Notes: generated from the sequence alone by a model not told the origin. 64,000 bases of DNA from Candidatus Bathyarchaeota archaeon (GCA_963780545.1 CAWACK010000008.1:62152-126151), one strand, 5' to 3'; numbered from the stretch's first letter, positions 47,041 to 57,297 are shown. A program made the numbers and translations.

Positions 47041-48000
47041 ATGGAGATGGAGACACGCTACCAGGAGAAGCTAGAAGAGGAGACGGCTCGCTGCATAATC
47101 TGCCCCAGGATGTGCACCCTTAAGCCAGGGCAGCGGGGCTTCTGCGGGACTAAGGAGAATCAGAAAGGCAGCATAGTCAACTTAACTTATGGTCTCCTAA
47201 GCGCTATCGCTGTAGACCCCATCGAGAAGAAACCCCTCGTCCACTTCTACCCAGGGAGCCTTAGCCTAAGTATAAGCAGCGTCGGCTGCAGCTTCACATG
47301 TCCCTGGTGCCAGAACTGGCACCTCTCAACAGCTAAGCCAAGCAACGATCTGAAGCGCGTCCCATCAGAGAACGTCATCGATATGGCACATCGCCAGGAG
47401 TGCACCAGCATCAGCTACACCTACAACGAGCCACTTATCAACCTCGACTACGTCGAGGACACAGCCAGGCTCGCCAGGAAGGAGGGGGTGAAGAACGTCC
47501 TCGTCACAAACGGATACGTCAGTAAGGAGGCCTTAGATCGGGTTGTGGATGTCATAGACGCAGCCAACGTCGACTGGAAGGGCTTCACAGAAGAGTTCTA
47601 CAGGAAGCACTGCTCAGCCGACCTGCAGAGCGTCCTCGACGCGACCATTGAGATGCATAGGAGAGGTGTCCACGTTGAGGTTACTTTTCTCATCATCCCT
47701 GAGACGAACGACTCCGAGGATGAGACCCGGAAGATGGCGCGATACCTAGTCGACCATATGGGACCAGATGTACCCCTGCATTTGAGCAGGTTTTATCCCC
47801 AATACAAATTCAGTCACCTGCCACCGACGCCTGTTGAGACGCTGCTGAAGGCGAGGAAGGCTGCGAAGACCGAAGGCGTCCACTACGTCTACGTGGGGAA
47901 CGTCCCAGGCGAAGGCTACGAGGACACAATTTGCCCGAAGTGTGGCAAGACGGTGATAGGACGTATTGGCTACGATATCACATCATGGCAGCCTAGATGA
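47041..48000 (+). CDS. AmmeMemoRadiSam-system radical SAM enzyme (PflA-like)
   Basis: CSFTCPWCQNW (CxxxCxxC) cluster motif and C-terminal CPKCG. A probable frameshifted extension runs to 48064 (see findings). Confidence 0.8.
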   Translation: MEMETRYQEKLEEETARCIICPRMCTLKPGQRGFCGTKENQKGSIVNLTYGLLSAIAVDPIEKKPLVHFYPGSLSLSISSVGCSFTCPWCQNWHLSTAKPSNDLKRVPSENVIDMAHRQECTSISYTYNEPLINLDYVEDTARLARKEGVKNVLVTNGYVSKEALDRVVDVIDAANVDWKGFTEEFYRKHCSADLQSVLDATIEMHRRGVHVEVTFLIIPETNDSEDETRKMARYLVDHMGPDVPLHLSRFYPQYKFSHLPPTPVETLLKARKAAKTEGVHYVYVGNVPGEGYEDTICPKCGKTVIGRIGYDITSWQPR

Positions 48001-48127
48001 TTCAAACCACTGCAAAAACTGTGGGCAGCAGATCCCAATCGTTGGAAAGAGGGAGCAACACTAACCCCTTTCTAATATTTTATTACCATCGAGCCCTACA
48101 CAATAATACACAATTCTGTGATCAACC

Positions 48128-48739
48128 ATGAGTGTAAAGAGAAGCACAGTCATATTCGAAAAAGGAGGAGAGGAACACACAGAGGAGACACTCAAGATCG
48201 CGCTTCAGGGAGCGAAGGAGAGGAAGATAGACACAGTTTTGATCTCGACGTCGACAGGATCCACCGGTCTTAAGGCTGTGGAGGTCTTCAAGGGAAGCAG
48301 AATCAAGCTCGTCTTCGTCAGGCACCAGACAGGATATCCAGTTAAGGGCAAACAGATGATGCCACAGGATGTCAAAGAAAAGCTCGAGAAATCGGGCAAG
48401 CTAGTCACAGGCACAGACCTACTGACTGGAGGCGTCGAGGTTGGTCTCGGGCGTCAGAGACCCGAAAAGGAGCAGCCCCTCGAGGCATCATTGCCCTTCA
48501 TAGTCCCTCCCACCAACGTGATAGTCGCCAACACGCTTCGTCTCCTAAGCCAGGGGACAAAGGTCTGCGTAGAGATCGCGATGATGGCAGCGGACTGTGA
48601 CGAGGTAACGACCGACAAACCAGTAGTCTGCGTAGCTGGTAGCCACGCTGGTGCCGACACAGCACTGGTCATCACACCCGCGGCTTCCAACAGGATAAGG
48701 GATCTCAAACTCCATGAGATCCTGGCGAAGCCCCTCTAA
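48128..48739 (+). CDS. Pyruvate-kinase alpha/beta (C-terminal) domain-like protein
   Basis: 203 aa whose pattern resembles stand-alone PK_C-like archaeal proteins. Assigned from memory. Confidence 0.4.
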   Translation: MSVKRSTVIFEKGGEEHTEETLKIALQGAKERKIDTVLISTSTGSTGLKAVEVFKGSRIKLVFVRHQTGYPVKGKQMMPQDVKEKLEKSGKLVTGTDLLTGGVEVGLGRQRPEKEQPLEASLPFIVPPTNVIVANTLRLLSQGTKVCVEIAMMAADCDEVTTDKPVVCVAGSHAGADTALVITPAASNRIRDLKLHEILAKPL

Positions 48740-48779
48740 CCCCCAACCTTTTTCCCTTATCATATCTGCCTTTAGCTCA

Positions 48780-48935
48780 ATGGTGGATTTAATCCCATTT
48801 GCTGCGGCTTTCCTAACCATCTGGGTTGTGGTGATCGTATGGAGAAACAGGCTTCCGAGATGGGCAAGGTTCGCGCTGATAGCAACCCAAGCTATAGTCA
48901 TCTTTTTCGCAATTGCATTCACAGTGCTAGGATAA
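48780..48935 (+). CDS. Small two-TM membrane protein
   Basis: 51 aa: MVDLIPFAAAFLTIWVVVIVWRNRLPRWARFALIATQAIVIFFAIAFTVLG. Confidence 0.4.
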   Translation: MVDLIPFAAAFLTIWVVVIVWRNRLPRWARFALIATQAIVIFFAIAFTVLG

Positions 48936-49085
48936 ACGAGACAAACATATCCTTGAGCATTTAAGCTCACTTCATCTAGGTGGAGGGTTTGGCTCTCATT
49001 CTATTCGTTTCCTTCCTTCTGTTCATAGGCTAAAATCGGTTTAACTAGAAGATGCCTACTGCGACTTCTTTATGCTCCCTGAAGG

Positions 49086-50801
49086 TCATTCACGGTTGTG
49101 CCTTAGCAACTCCTTCACAGAACGAGTGTTCGTTACATCCTTAGCGGTTAACCATCCGCGTCGTGCGACGGAAACTCCGAGGGGGAGGAATTCCATCTGG
49201 TTGATAGCGTGAGCGTCTGTGCCAATGCTCATAACGACACCCGCCTCCATTGCCTTCCTGCAAGAGACGTCGTCGAGGTCGAGACGCTCAGGGTAAGCGT
49301 TTATCTCCATCGCCACATGTTGTCTAGAAGCTTCCTCAAAAACCCTATCAAGATTGAGTGGGTAAGGTTTCCTCTTCTGTATGATGCGACCAGTGGGGTG
49401 GCCGATAACGGAGACATAGTCGTTGTGTATCGCAGAGATCATGCGATTAGTCATGGTCTCCTCGTCGTTTTTGAAGCCGCTGTGGATGCTGGCGACGACG
49501 AAGTCTAATTCCTTAAGCGAGGAGTCGGGGAGGTCCATGCTGCCGTCAGCCTTTATGTCGCACTCTATGCCCTTGAGGACCGTGAAATCGTCGAACTCCT
49601 TGTTGATTGAGTCGATCTCCTTCTGCTGATCATGGAGACGCTCTTCGTCGAGACCGTGAGCTATACCAAGACTCTTTGAGTGATCAGTGATAGCGACGTA
49701 GCTGAGACCAAGGCTCCTCGCCTTCTCCGCAACTTCTTTTATTGTGGCGGTGCCTTCGCTCCATTTGCTGTGGCAGTGGAGGTCACCCCTTATCTCGCTT
49801 AGCTCCACGAGTTTTGGTAGCTTGTTCTCTATTGCTGCCTCGATCTCACCCCGGTTCTCGCGGAGCTCTGGTGGTATCCACTGCATACCAAGGGTCCTGT
49901 AGATCTTCTCCTCGGTGTCGGAGGCGACGAGGTCATCGTCCTCGCGGCGGAATAGGCCGTACTCGTTGAGTTTGTAGCCGGCCTTCACTCCGATGGTGCG
50001 GAGCTTAACGTTGTGGTCTTTTGAGCCTGTGAAGTACTGGAGAGCCGCACCGTAGGCCTCAGGTGTGACGACTCGGCAGTCGACCTGGAGGTGACCTTTA
50101 AGGAAGACAGTGCTCTTAGTGGAACCGTGGCTGACAACTCGCTCAACTGGTGGCATGCTGACAAACCTTTCAGATGCAGCATCAGGTTCATTCGAAGCTA
50201 TTAGGAGGTCGAGATCACCTATCGTCTCCCTTCTCCGGCGGTAAGAGCCCGCGACCTCCGCTTTTAAGACTGATTTTGACTCCTTCATCCAGGCGAGCAT
50301 GTCGTCGACTACCGATATTACAGAGCCGAGAAGGAAGCGTGTCTGCCTGTTTCGGTAGTCGGAGATACTTTGGAGGATATTCTTCTCCTTCTTCTCTCCG
50401 AAACCCTTCAGCTCCCGAATCCTTCCCTCCTTCGCGGATTTCTCTAGGTCGTCGATGGATGAGATCTTAAGCTCATCTACGAGGCGCATCGCGTTCTTGG
50501 GTCCGATGCCCTCGATCTCCATTAGCTGTCGGACGCCGGGTGGGAGAGACTCCTGTAGTTCCTCGAGAACCTTAGACCCCCCTGTATCGATAACCTCAGT
50601 TATTACGGCGGCTATACTTTTTCCAACGCCTGGAACCTGATCAAGCTCACCCCTCTCCTTCACCTTTTTCACGTCTTCTGTGAGGCTGGCTATTCTCTGG
50701 GCGGCAAGAAGGTAAGCTCTACTCCTAAATCGGTCCCCCTTGATGGTTAGGATCTCCCCTATATCGTAGAGCACTGCTGCTACTTCGGCGTTGGCGCTCA
50801 C
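49086..50801 (-). CDS. polX: Family X DNA polymerase with C-terminal PHP domain
   Basis: 571 aa with HhH motifs, a nucleotidyltransferase motif GSYRRRRETIGDLDLL and a PHP domain GDLHCHSKWSEG. Confidence 0.9.
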   Translation of the reverse strand: MSANAEVAAVLYDIGEILTIKGDRFRSRAYLLAAQRIASLTEDVKKVKERGELDQVPGVGKSIAAVITEVIDTGGSKVLEELQESLPPGVRQLMEIEGIGPKNAMRLVDELKISSIDDLEKSAKEGRIRELKGFGEKKEKNILQSISDYRNRQTRFLLGSVISVVDDMLAWMKESKSVLKAEVAGSYRRRRETIGDLDLLIASNEPDAASERFVSMPPVERVVSHGSTKSTVFLKGHLQVDCRVVTPEAYGAALQYFTGSKDHNVKLRTIGVKAGYKLNEYGLFRREDDDLVASDTEEKIYRTLGMQWIPPELRENRGEIEAAIENKLPKLVELSEIRGDLHCHSKWSEGTATIKEVAEKARSLGLSYVAITDHSKSLGIAHGLDEERLHDQQKEIDSINKEFDDFTVLKGIECDIKADGSMDLPDSSLKELDFVVASIHSGFKNDEETMTNRMISAIHNDYVSVIGHPTGRIIQKRKPYPLNLDRVFEEASRQHVAMEINAYPERLDLDDVSCRKAMEAGVVMSIGTDAHAINQMEFLPLGVSVARRGWLTAKDVTNTRSVKELLRHNRE

Positions 50802-50938
50802 AGATCAGGATGTGGTGCCTCTTCTTATAGCCTAAACGCTTGTTCGACATCTCATGCTACCCAAAATAAGGGGAAGAACAGTGATAGGATGTTATCTCAT
50901 ATCTTTACTTTGAGGTTTGTTTCTTAAAACCTAAATGC

Positions 50939-52225
50939 GTGGGATGGTGCCCCATAAACAGACTTCCATTGAATGTACTTGACTATCTAAAGAAGGATGA
51001 AATCGTAGATCTTGGTTGTGATCTAATTCGTCAACCAAGCTTAACTCGCCAGGAAGGCCCTGCAGTTAATTTCGCGAAGGACTGGTTTGAAGATAATGGC
51101 TTCGACGAGGTTACGCTGCAGGAAGTTGAGCCAGGTCGTAAACAGGTCATCGCCTGCCTGAAGGGTGATGGTACGGGTAAGAGCATGATGTTCAACGGCC
51201 ACCTCGACATCGACCCGATCACGGCGTCGTGGGAGTGGGACCCGTTTGAGCCAAAGGTCGATGGGAATAGGCTCTGGGGCGCGGGAATACACAACATGAA
51301 GAGTGGTGACGCCGCAATGATGTGCGCTGCTCTGGCGATCAAACGCAGCGAAACTAAGCTCCATGGAGACCTCATCGTAGAGTGTGTCGTCGGTGAGCTC
51401 CAGGGTGGTGTAGGAACCGTACACGCACTAAAGGAGGGAATCTGGGCCGACATGGCGATAGTTCCCGAGCCCTACAGCGTAGATAATATTCTTACCAAAT
51501 GCGTTGGAGTCCACGACTTCGCCATCCACACTCTAGGGCGTAGCGAGCACATTAGTCGCATGGAGGAGAGTATCAACGCTATCACAAAGATGCGGAAGGT
51601 ACTAGACAGGTTAGACGAGATGAAGTTCGAGGTTAGAGACCCAGATCTCCCCGGCGCACCCAGATGGGTCGCAGGCAGCATCATCGGTGGTCGCAACCGG
51701 GACTACGACCTCGCCGGCCCCTACAACATCCCCGACTTCTGCACCATTATCGTCGACTTCCGCTACCCGTCGGGCTACGAAATCAGCGAAATCAACGAGC
51801 GTATGATCGCCATGCTCGAGGAGATCAAGGCGGAGGACCCTGAGTTCAAGTACGAGTTCGAGTACCCAATAGACTCCAAATGGCGAGTCGGCGGGATGGT
51901 TATGCCCCCTATGGGTGTCAGCCCCAATAGCGAGGTTGTAAAGCTGCTGAAGGAGAATCACAAGAAGGTCACAGGGGAGTACCCAAAGAAGATCGGCGCT
52001 GTCCCACCGAGAAGTTACTGTGGCAACGACACCGCCCACCTCGCCAAGGCAGGGATCGAGTGTTGCCTCTACGGTCCAAGGGGTTATCAAGATGATGTGG
52101 AGAAGCATGTGCGTATCGACGAGATGGTGACCTGCTCAAAAGCGATGTGTCTCACCGGCTACGAGGTCGTCACCGCACACAATACGAATTCTTCAAGGAA
52201 CAAACATAAGAACGAAAGTCAATAA
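50939..52225 (+). CDS. M20 family peptidase/deacylase
   Basis: 428 aa, GTG start, with FNGHLDIDP, HNMKSGD and VVGELQGG. Confidence 0.8.
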   Translation: MGWCPINRLPLNVLDYLKKDEIVDLGCDLIRQPSLTRQEGPAVNFAKDWFEDNGFDEVTLQEVEPGRKQVIACLKGDGTGKSMMFNGHLDIDPITASWEWDPFEPKVDGNRLWGAGIHNMKSGDAAMMCAALAIKRSETKLHGDLIVECVVGELQGGVGTVHALKEGIWADMAIVPEPYSVDNILTKCVGVHDFAIHTLGRSEHISRMEESINAITKMRKVLDRLDEMKFEVRDPDLPGAPRWVAGSIIGGRNRDYDLAGPYNIPDFCTIIVDFRYPSGYEISEINERMIAMLEEIKAEDPEFKYEFEYPIDSKWRVGGMVMPPMGVSPNSEVVKLLKENHKKVTGEYPKKIGAVPPRSYCGNDTAHLAKAGIECCLYGPRGYQDDVEKHVRIDEMVTCSKAMCLTGYEVVTAHNTNSSRNKHKNESQ

Positions 52226-52382
52226 TCGGAGAAGTTTCTTTTATAAAGGATATTTAAAGAAATCGTACAAATTTAGTTCAGGTATAAACGGGAGCAGAAA
52301 CATTATACCACCAAACAGATGCGCTGCAGGAACATCCACACAAGTTTATCAGATTACATATAGTTAATGTTGCGAGTTTATG

Positions 52383-52676
52383 CTACTCTTCTCTCGCCTT
52401 CGTCAATTCTATAGCGAGGGATCCACCCTTCTCGAACCTGATCGTCAGCGTGTGGAACAGCGTCTGGAAAATCCTGATCTTCCCATACCGCTTCTCCTTC
52501 ACAAGTCCCAGCTTCGCCAGCTTCATCAGGTGCCTCTCAACGCTTGTGTAGTTGAGTCCTGTTCTCCGACTCACCTCGCTAATGTTAAGCTCACCACTCT
52601 CAGCCAACACCTGGAGGGTTCTGATCCTGCCCCGTGAGCCGAGGAGCTCCTCGGCTTGGGTTCTATTTCTGCTCAA
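52383..52676 (-). CDS. ArsR-like winged-helix transcription regulator
   Basis: 97 aa: RIRTLQVLAESGELNISEVSRRTGLNYTSVERHLMKLAKLGLV. Its start overlaps the orc1/cdc6 stop by 14 nt. Confidence 0.7.
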   Translation of the reverse strand: MSRNRTQAEELLGSRGRIRTLQVLAESGELNISEVSRRTGLNYTSVERHLMKLAKLGLVKEKRYGKIRIFQTLFHTLTIRFEKGGSLAIELTKAREE

Positions 52677-53835
52677 CGCCCCTCAGCACCTCCCTCTCAA
52701 GGTCCTCGGCGGAGACCTTCCCGAGGGTAATCAGCTGGGTACGGCCCTGACTCCCAGAGTCGACCTTCGACGTGATGATCCCAGTAGCCTTTAGGCCCTC
52801 CAGGTACTTCCAAAACTGGGTATGGGCCCTCGGCGTCTCACCTCGCTCCTCGCAGGCGATCCTGTAGAGCTGCTCCACCTCCCCGGTGGTGGCGTGGGGC
52901 GCCGTGCTCGTGTGGAAGAATCTGGCGACGGCCAGCAGCGTCAGCCGTTCGTGGAGGCTAAGGTGATTCATTCCCTCCTTCTTCACGGGGGATAGGACGC
53001 CGGCGGAGACCTGTCTGACGTGCTCCGGCCTTACCTGACTGGCGCCGTCCATTTCCGCTTTCTTCCCAGCTCCCCAGAGGAGATCTATAGCGCAACGCGC
53101 ATCCCCGTTCTCTGAGGAAGCGAGTTCCGCGATGAAGTCCACAACCTCCAGCGGCACCGCGCCTTTTCTGAAGGCGGCCTCAGCGCGAGTCGCCACGATA
53201 TCGGCGAGCTGTGGAGCAGAGTACTCAGGCATCTCGATAAGGTTCCTCTGGAGGCTGCTCAGGGTGCTCCTGTCCAGCTTCTCGAAGACAGCGCGGTCCT
53301 TGGTGATGAGGAGGAGGCTCAAACGCCGAGGCGCGTCGGGCTGCGCTTCGTGGACCCGCGTGAGCTGGTAGAGCGCGTCGCTCCCTTCTGTGTCGATGAG
53401 CGCGTCAACCTCGTCGAGACAGAGCAACAGCTGTCCGTTGTCCTCCGAGAGGAGCTGCATCAAAGTCTCCATAAGCTCGTTGGGAGCGTAGCCGCGCTCC
53501 GGAAACTCGGGGCGGAGAGTCTTCACCACCCTGCGCAACACCATGAAGAGGCTCCCCCTCAACTCCCTACAGTTGACGTGAATGTAGTCGACCCTGAGTC
53601 TCTTTCTCTTCGCCTCATCCCTGAGGCACTTACCGAATACCCTAGCGAGGACCGTCTTACCCGAGCCCACATCACCGAAGATTATCGCCCTCTGGCTCAT
53701 CTCGAAGGGAGCTGAGAACATGAAATCGTAGATGAGCCGAAGAGAACGCAGCTGCTCCTCACGATGTAGCAACCTGGATGGAATATAGTTGATGTCAAGG
53801 ACGCCCTCGTCGATTATGAGTCTTCGATCGCTCAA
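52663..53835 (-). CDS. cdc6: Orc1/Cdc6 replication initiator
   Basis: 390 aa with Walker A GDVGSGKT, Walker B LCLDEVD and a C-terminal winged helix. Confidence 0.9.
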   Translation of the reverse strand: MSDRRLIIDEGVLDINYIPSRLLHREEQLRSLRLIYDFMFSAPFEMSQRAIIFGDVGSGKTVLARVFGKCLRDEAKRKRLRVDYIHVNCRELRGSLFMVLRRVVKTLRPEFPERGYAPNELMETLMQLLSEDNGQLLLCLDEVDALIDTEGSDALYQLTRVHEAQPDAPRRLSLLLITKDRAVFEKLDRSTLSSLQRNLIEMPEYSAPQLADIVATRAEAAFRKGAVPLEVVDFIAELASSENGDARCAIDLLWGAGKKAEMDGASQVRPEHVRQVSAGVLSPVKKEGMNHLSLHERLTLLAVARFFHTSTAPHATTGEVEQLYRIACEERGETPRAHTQFWKYLEGLKATGIITSKVDSGSQGRTQLITLGKVSAEDLEREVLRGVEQK

Positions 53836-53980
53836 GAATGGTCTCCCCCGCGAGAGGCTCCCCTGATGCGGATTTATGCTTTACGTAGGTTCAAGTGGAT
53901 CAACCGTTGAGAGGTGAGTGAAAGTGAATCCATTTAAAACCTTTAAACAGCCACTCACCAAATAACAAACGGTCCCCAGA

Positions 53981-55003
53981 GTGCCTCCCAACAGAAGACT
54001 TCGAACAGGAAAGATCCCAGAAGATGTACTCAGACGATGCGTCCTCAACCACCTTGGGACCCCCTCAGACAGAGTCATAAGAGGCGCCGCAATAGGCGAA
54101 GATGCCTCCGTAATAGACATGGGGAACAAAGTTCTAGTTGCCAAGGCGAACCCCATTACAGGCGCTGAGGGGAACATAGGTAGACTCGCTGTCCACATAA
54201 ACGCTAACGATGTCGCCACCCGAGGCGCTAAGCCCCTCTGGTTCATGGACACAATCTTCCTCCCAGAGGAAACAAACGAGAACAGACTCTACGAGATAAT
54301 GGACGAAATCCACACCGCTTGCTGCGAACTCGGCGTCCAACTCATCGGCGGCCACACAGAGAGCATCCGAGGACTCGACAAACCTATTATATCGGGTTTC
54401 ATGCTCGGAGAAGCTAAGAAGGAAAAATACATCACAACCGAGGGAGCGAAGTCAGACGACGAGATCATCCTCACCAAGACTGCCGGTCTCGAGGGCACCA
54501 GCATACTTGCAACAGACTTGGAAGAAAAACTCAAAAGAAAAGTGGACCAAAAAACACTCCAAAGGGCGCGAAGGATGATCGATAAAATCAGCGTCGTCCC
54601 CGAGGCCCTCAAGGCCGTAGATGTGGGCGGAGTCCACGCACTACACACACCTACAGAAGGCGGCGTTCTCAACGGCCTCTACGAGATGGCAACCGCAGCG
54701 GGCATCGGCCTAAGAGTCGATGAGGCTCGGATACCGATCGCTCCCGAGACTGCAGTAATAGTTGAAACCCTGGGTGTAGACCCTCTAAAGCTCCTCAGCT
54801 CTGGCGCTCTCTTAATGTCGGTAGACAAAGGATATACAGAGAGGATTCTCGACGCCCTCGAAAAGATCCACATAAAGGCATCACTGATCGGTGAGGCGAC
54901 GGTGAAGGAGGAGGGCAGAATCATCACCCGTAACAATGGCACCCAGAAGAAGATAGAGTCAGTGGGCAGAGACGAGCTATTCAGAATACTAGGCGACGAA
55001 TGA
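53981..55003 (+). CDS. AIR synthase-related protein (PurM/ThiL/HypE superfamily)
   Basis: 340 aa, GTG start, with GEDASVID...ANDVATRGAKP...GGHTE motifs. Confidence 0.6.
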   Translation: MPPNRRLRTGKIPEDVLRRCVLNHLGTPSDRVIRGAAIGEDASVIDMGNKVLVAKANPITGAEGNIGRLAVHINANDVATRGAKPLWFMDTIFLPEETNENRLYEIMDEIHTACCELGVQLIGGHTESIRGLDKPIISGFMLGEAKKEKYITTEGAKSDDEIILTKTAGLEGTSILATDLEEKLKRKVDQKTLQRARRMIDKISVVPEALKAVDVGGVHALHTPTEGGVLNGLYEMATAAGIGLRVDEARIPIAPETAVIVETLGVDPLKLLSSGALLMSVDKGYTERILDALEKIHIKASLIGEATVKEEGRIITRNNGTQKKIESVGRDELFRILGDE

Positions 55004-55836
55004 TCATCTCTCACAGGTCACACCCATCACGCCCGGGTGGTAGAACGTACTCTCAAAACCAATCCTTTTCAGACGCCTGCTGAACCCCCCTCTGCAGATC
55101 GACGCCCCTGTACCGCGACCCCGGCTCACCTGTGTAGTGGAAAAGCCTAGCACCACGGCGCCATTACCCTGTAAAGCTTCCTGTAGAACTCCTCACTATA
55201 CAGCGCCCCCGCGCGGCTGAGCCTAGGGGGGTCGTGGATCACCCAATTAAAAAAGCCCAAAGGCAACGAGTCAACGACGAAAAAACTATCTCCAAAAATC
55301 TGGCTAACATCGCTATCGAAGAGAGTGCGGGACCAGGGATTCATCTCCGCAACTCTAAGGACGGCTGACTCCTTCTCTATAGATACCACAACCTCAGCAC
55401 CTCTTTTGATTGCTCCAACGGCCGTGTAACCCAACCCCATACAAGTATCGAGAACCCTTCCTCCATGGAGCCCTAGCACCTCCAACTTCTCTTCAGTGTC
55501 CCTATCAGGCGTAGTTCCCTTCGTCCTGTGCATCCTGACCCCATCAATTTCAAGAGTAGGCGCACCAGCAGTAGGTACAAGCTTGTAGAACCTCCCGTCT
55601 GAGACAGCGATCTGGTATATTGATCCACCTTCAGGGAAATAGATGGCGTTCTCACGTCCCGCAATCTTATTTAAGTCCTTGAGATCGACAACAAAGCCTT
55701 CATCGAGTGAAACTAATTCTCCATCAATCGAGACCAGCTTCTCGCTCAATCCCAAATCAAGAGACACTCTTCGAGCCCCACCCAAGATCGCCTTGGCTAT
55801 TTCCGCAGTAAGCAACGGAGGTATAGACCTTAACAT
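55004..55836 (-). pseudogene. SAM-dependent methyltransferase (COG2521-like), two C-terminal frameshifts
   Basis: ORF 55147-55836 carries VLDTCMGLGYTA. The C-terminus continues in a second frame (GARLFHYTGEPGSRYRGVDLQRG) and then a third (SRRLKRIGFESTFYHPGVMGVTCER) to TGA 55004-55006. The second junction is at the C6 run 55085-55090. Confidence 0.65.
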
Positions 55837-56040
55837 AATGACCCTCCTGGCCTGAAAGAATAGTGCCCTGAGCCATTATTAACTCAGCGACAACACTAAA
55901 ATCAGCTTTAGCTTCGGTTGAAATAAATTTTTAAATCTACATTAACGACCGCGATTAAAAGCCGTTAAGAGTGGAGATAATCTGATCCCAACGCATATTC
56001 TAAATTCAAGATGAGTTTTTACCACACAAAGTTGGAGAGT

Positions 56041-57297
56041 TTAACTGAGAATTCCCTTAGGATAGTTAGCCCTAGAACCAAGCCACTCCTCGATCCTTAG
56101 GAGCTGGTTGTACTTTGCTGTCCTCTCCCCTCGGGCAGGCGCCCCGGACTTGATTTGTCCGCAGCCAATGCCAACTGAGAGGTCTGCCACCCAGGGATCC
56201 TCGGTGTCTCCACTTCTATGGGAGGCCATGACGCTATACCCACTGTTCTTTGCCAGATTCGCTGCCTCTAACGCCTCAGTGAGGGTACCTATCTGATTAA
56301 CTTTCCACAGCAGCGCGTTGCCGGCACCCATAGCAATGCCCTTCGCCAACCTCTTCGGGTTGGTGACGAAGATGTCGTCACCAACGACCTGCGTTGGTAG
56401 TAACTTCGTCGCCTTCGCGAATCCCTCGTAGTCCTCTTCTTGTAGAGGATCCTCAATACTGATTATCGGGTACGCTGCGACCAGTTCCCTGTAGAGCTCA
56501 ATGAGCTCATCGGTTGAATACTTCACGTTAGCGACAGTATATACACCATCATTATAGAAGGTGCTGGAGGCAACATCGATACCTATCTTGACCTCACCCA
56601 TGTAGTCGGCCTCCTGGATGGCTTTCCATAGGGCTTCGAGTGCTTCATCCGGCGTCTTAACTGGGGGAGTAAAACCGCCCTCGTCGCCAACGTTTATAGA
56701 AGTCTTACCGTACACCTTCTGAAGCTGCGACTTCAGATTCTGATAAACCTCCGCACCCATTCTTAGAGCCTCTTTAAAGCTCTTGGCGCCAGTGGGGGCT
56801 ATCATAAACTCCTGGAAGTCGAGCTGGTTCCCGGCATGCTTCCCGCCGTTTATTACGTTAAAGAAAGGTACAGGAATCAGGTAAGCGTCCTTGTCTATGT
56901 ACTCGTAGAGGCGGAGACCGTCTGATGCCGCCGCTGCGCGAGCGCAGGCAAGGCTGACCCCAAGGATCGAGTTACCACCTAGCCTTGACTTGTTCTCTGT
57001 GCCGTCGAGCTCGATCATGATGTCATCGATCTGCTTCTGGCATCTTACGTCCAAGCCTTTGACCTTTGGCTGGATTATATTAATCACAGCTTCGATGGCT
57101 TTTTTGACGCCCTTCCCGCCGTAACGCTTTCCTCCATCACGTAGCTCGACTGCCTCGTAGATGCCTGTGGAGGCGCCGCTTGGTACAGCGGCGGAACCCA
57201 CTACATCGCCTTCGGTTACGACTTCGACCTCAACAGTTGGGTTGCCCCTGCTGTCCAGAATCTCCCTAGCCCTTAGAGTTGATATTGAGTAACGCAA
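56041..57297 (-). CDS. eno: Enolase
   Basis: 418 aa with REILDSRGNPTVEVEV. TTG start. Confidence 0.95.
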   Translation of the reverse strand: MRYSISTLRAREILDSRGNPTVEVEVVTEGDVVGSAAVPSGASTGIYEAVELRDGGKRYGGKGVKKAIEAVINIIQPKVKGLDVRCQKQIDDIMIELDGTENKSRLGGNSILGVSLACARAAAASDGLRLYEYIDKDAYLIPVPFFNVINGGKHAGNQLDFQEFMIAPTGAKSFKEALRMGAEVYQNLKSQLQKVYGKTSINVGDEGGFTPPVKTPDEALEALWKAIQEADYMGEVKIGIDVASSTFYNDGVYTVANVKYSTDELIELYRELVAAYPIISIEDPLQEEDYEGFAKATKLLPTQVVGDDIFVTNPKRLAKGIAMGAGNALLWKVNQIGTLTEALEAANLAKNSGYSVMASHRSGDTEDPWVADLSVGIGCGQIKSGAPARGERTAKYNQLLRIEEWLGSRANYPKGILS

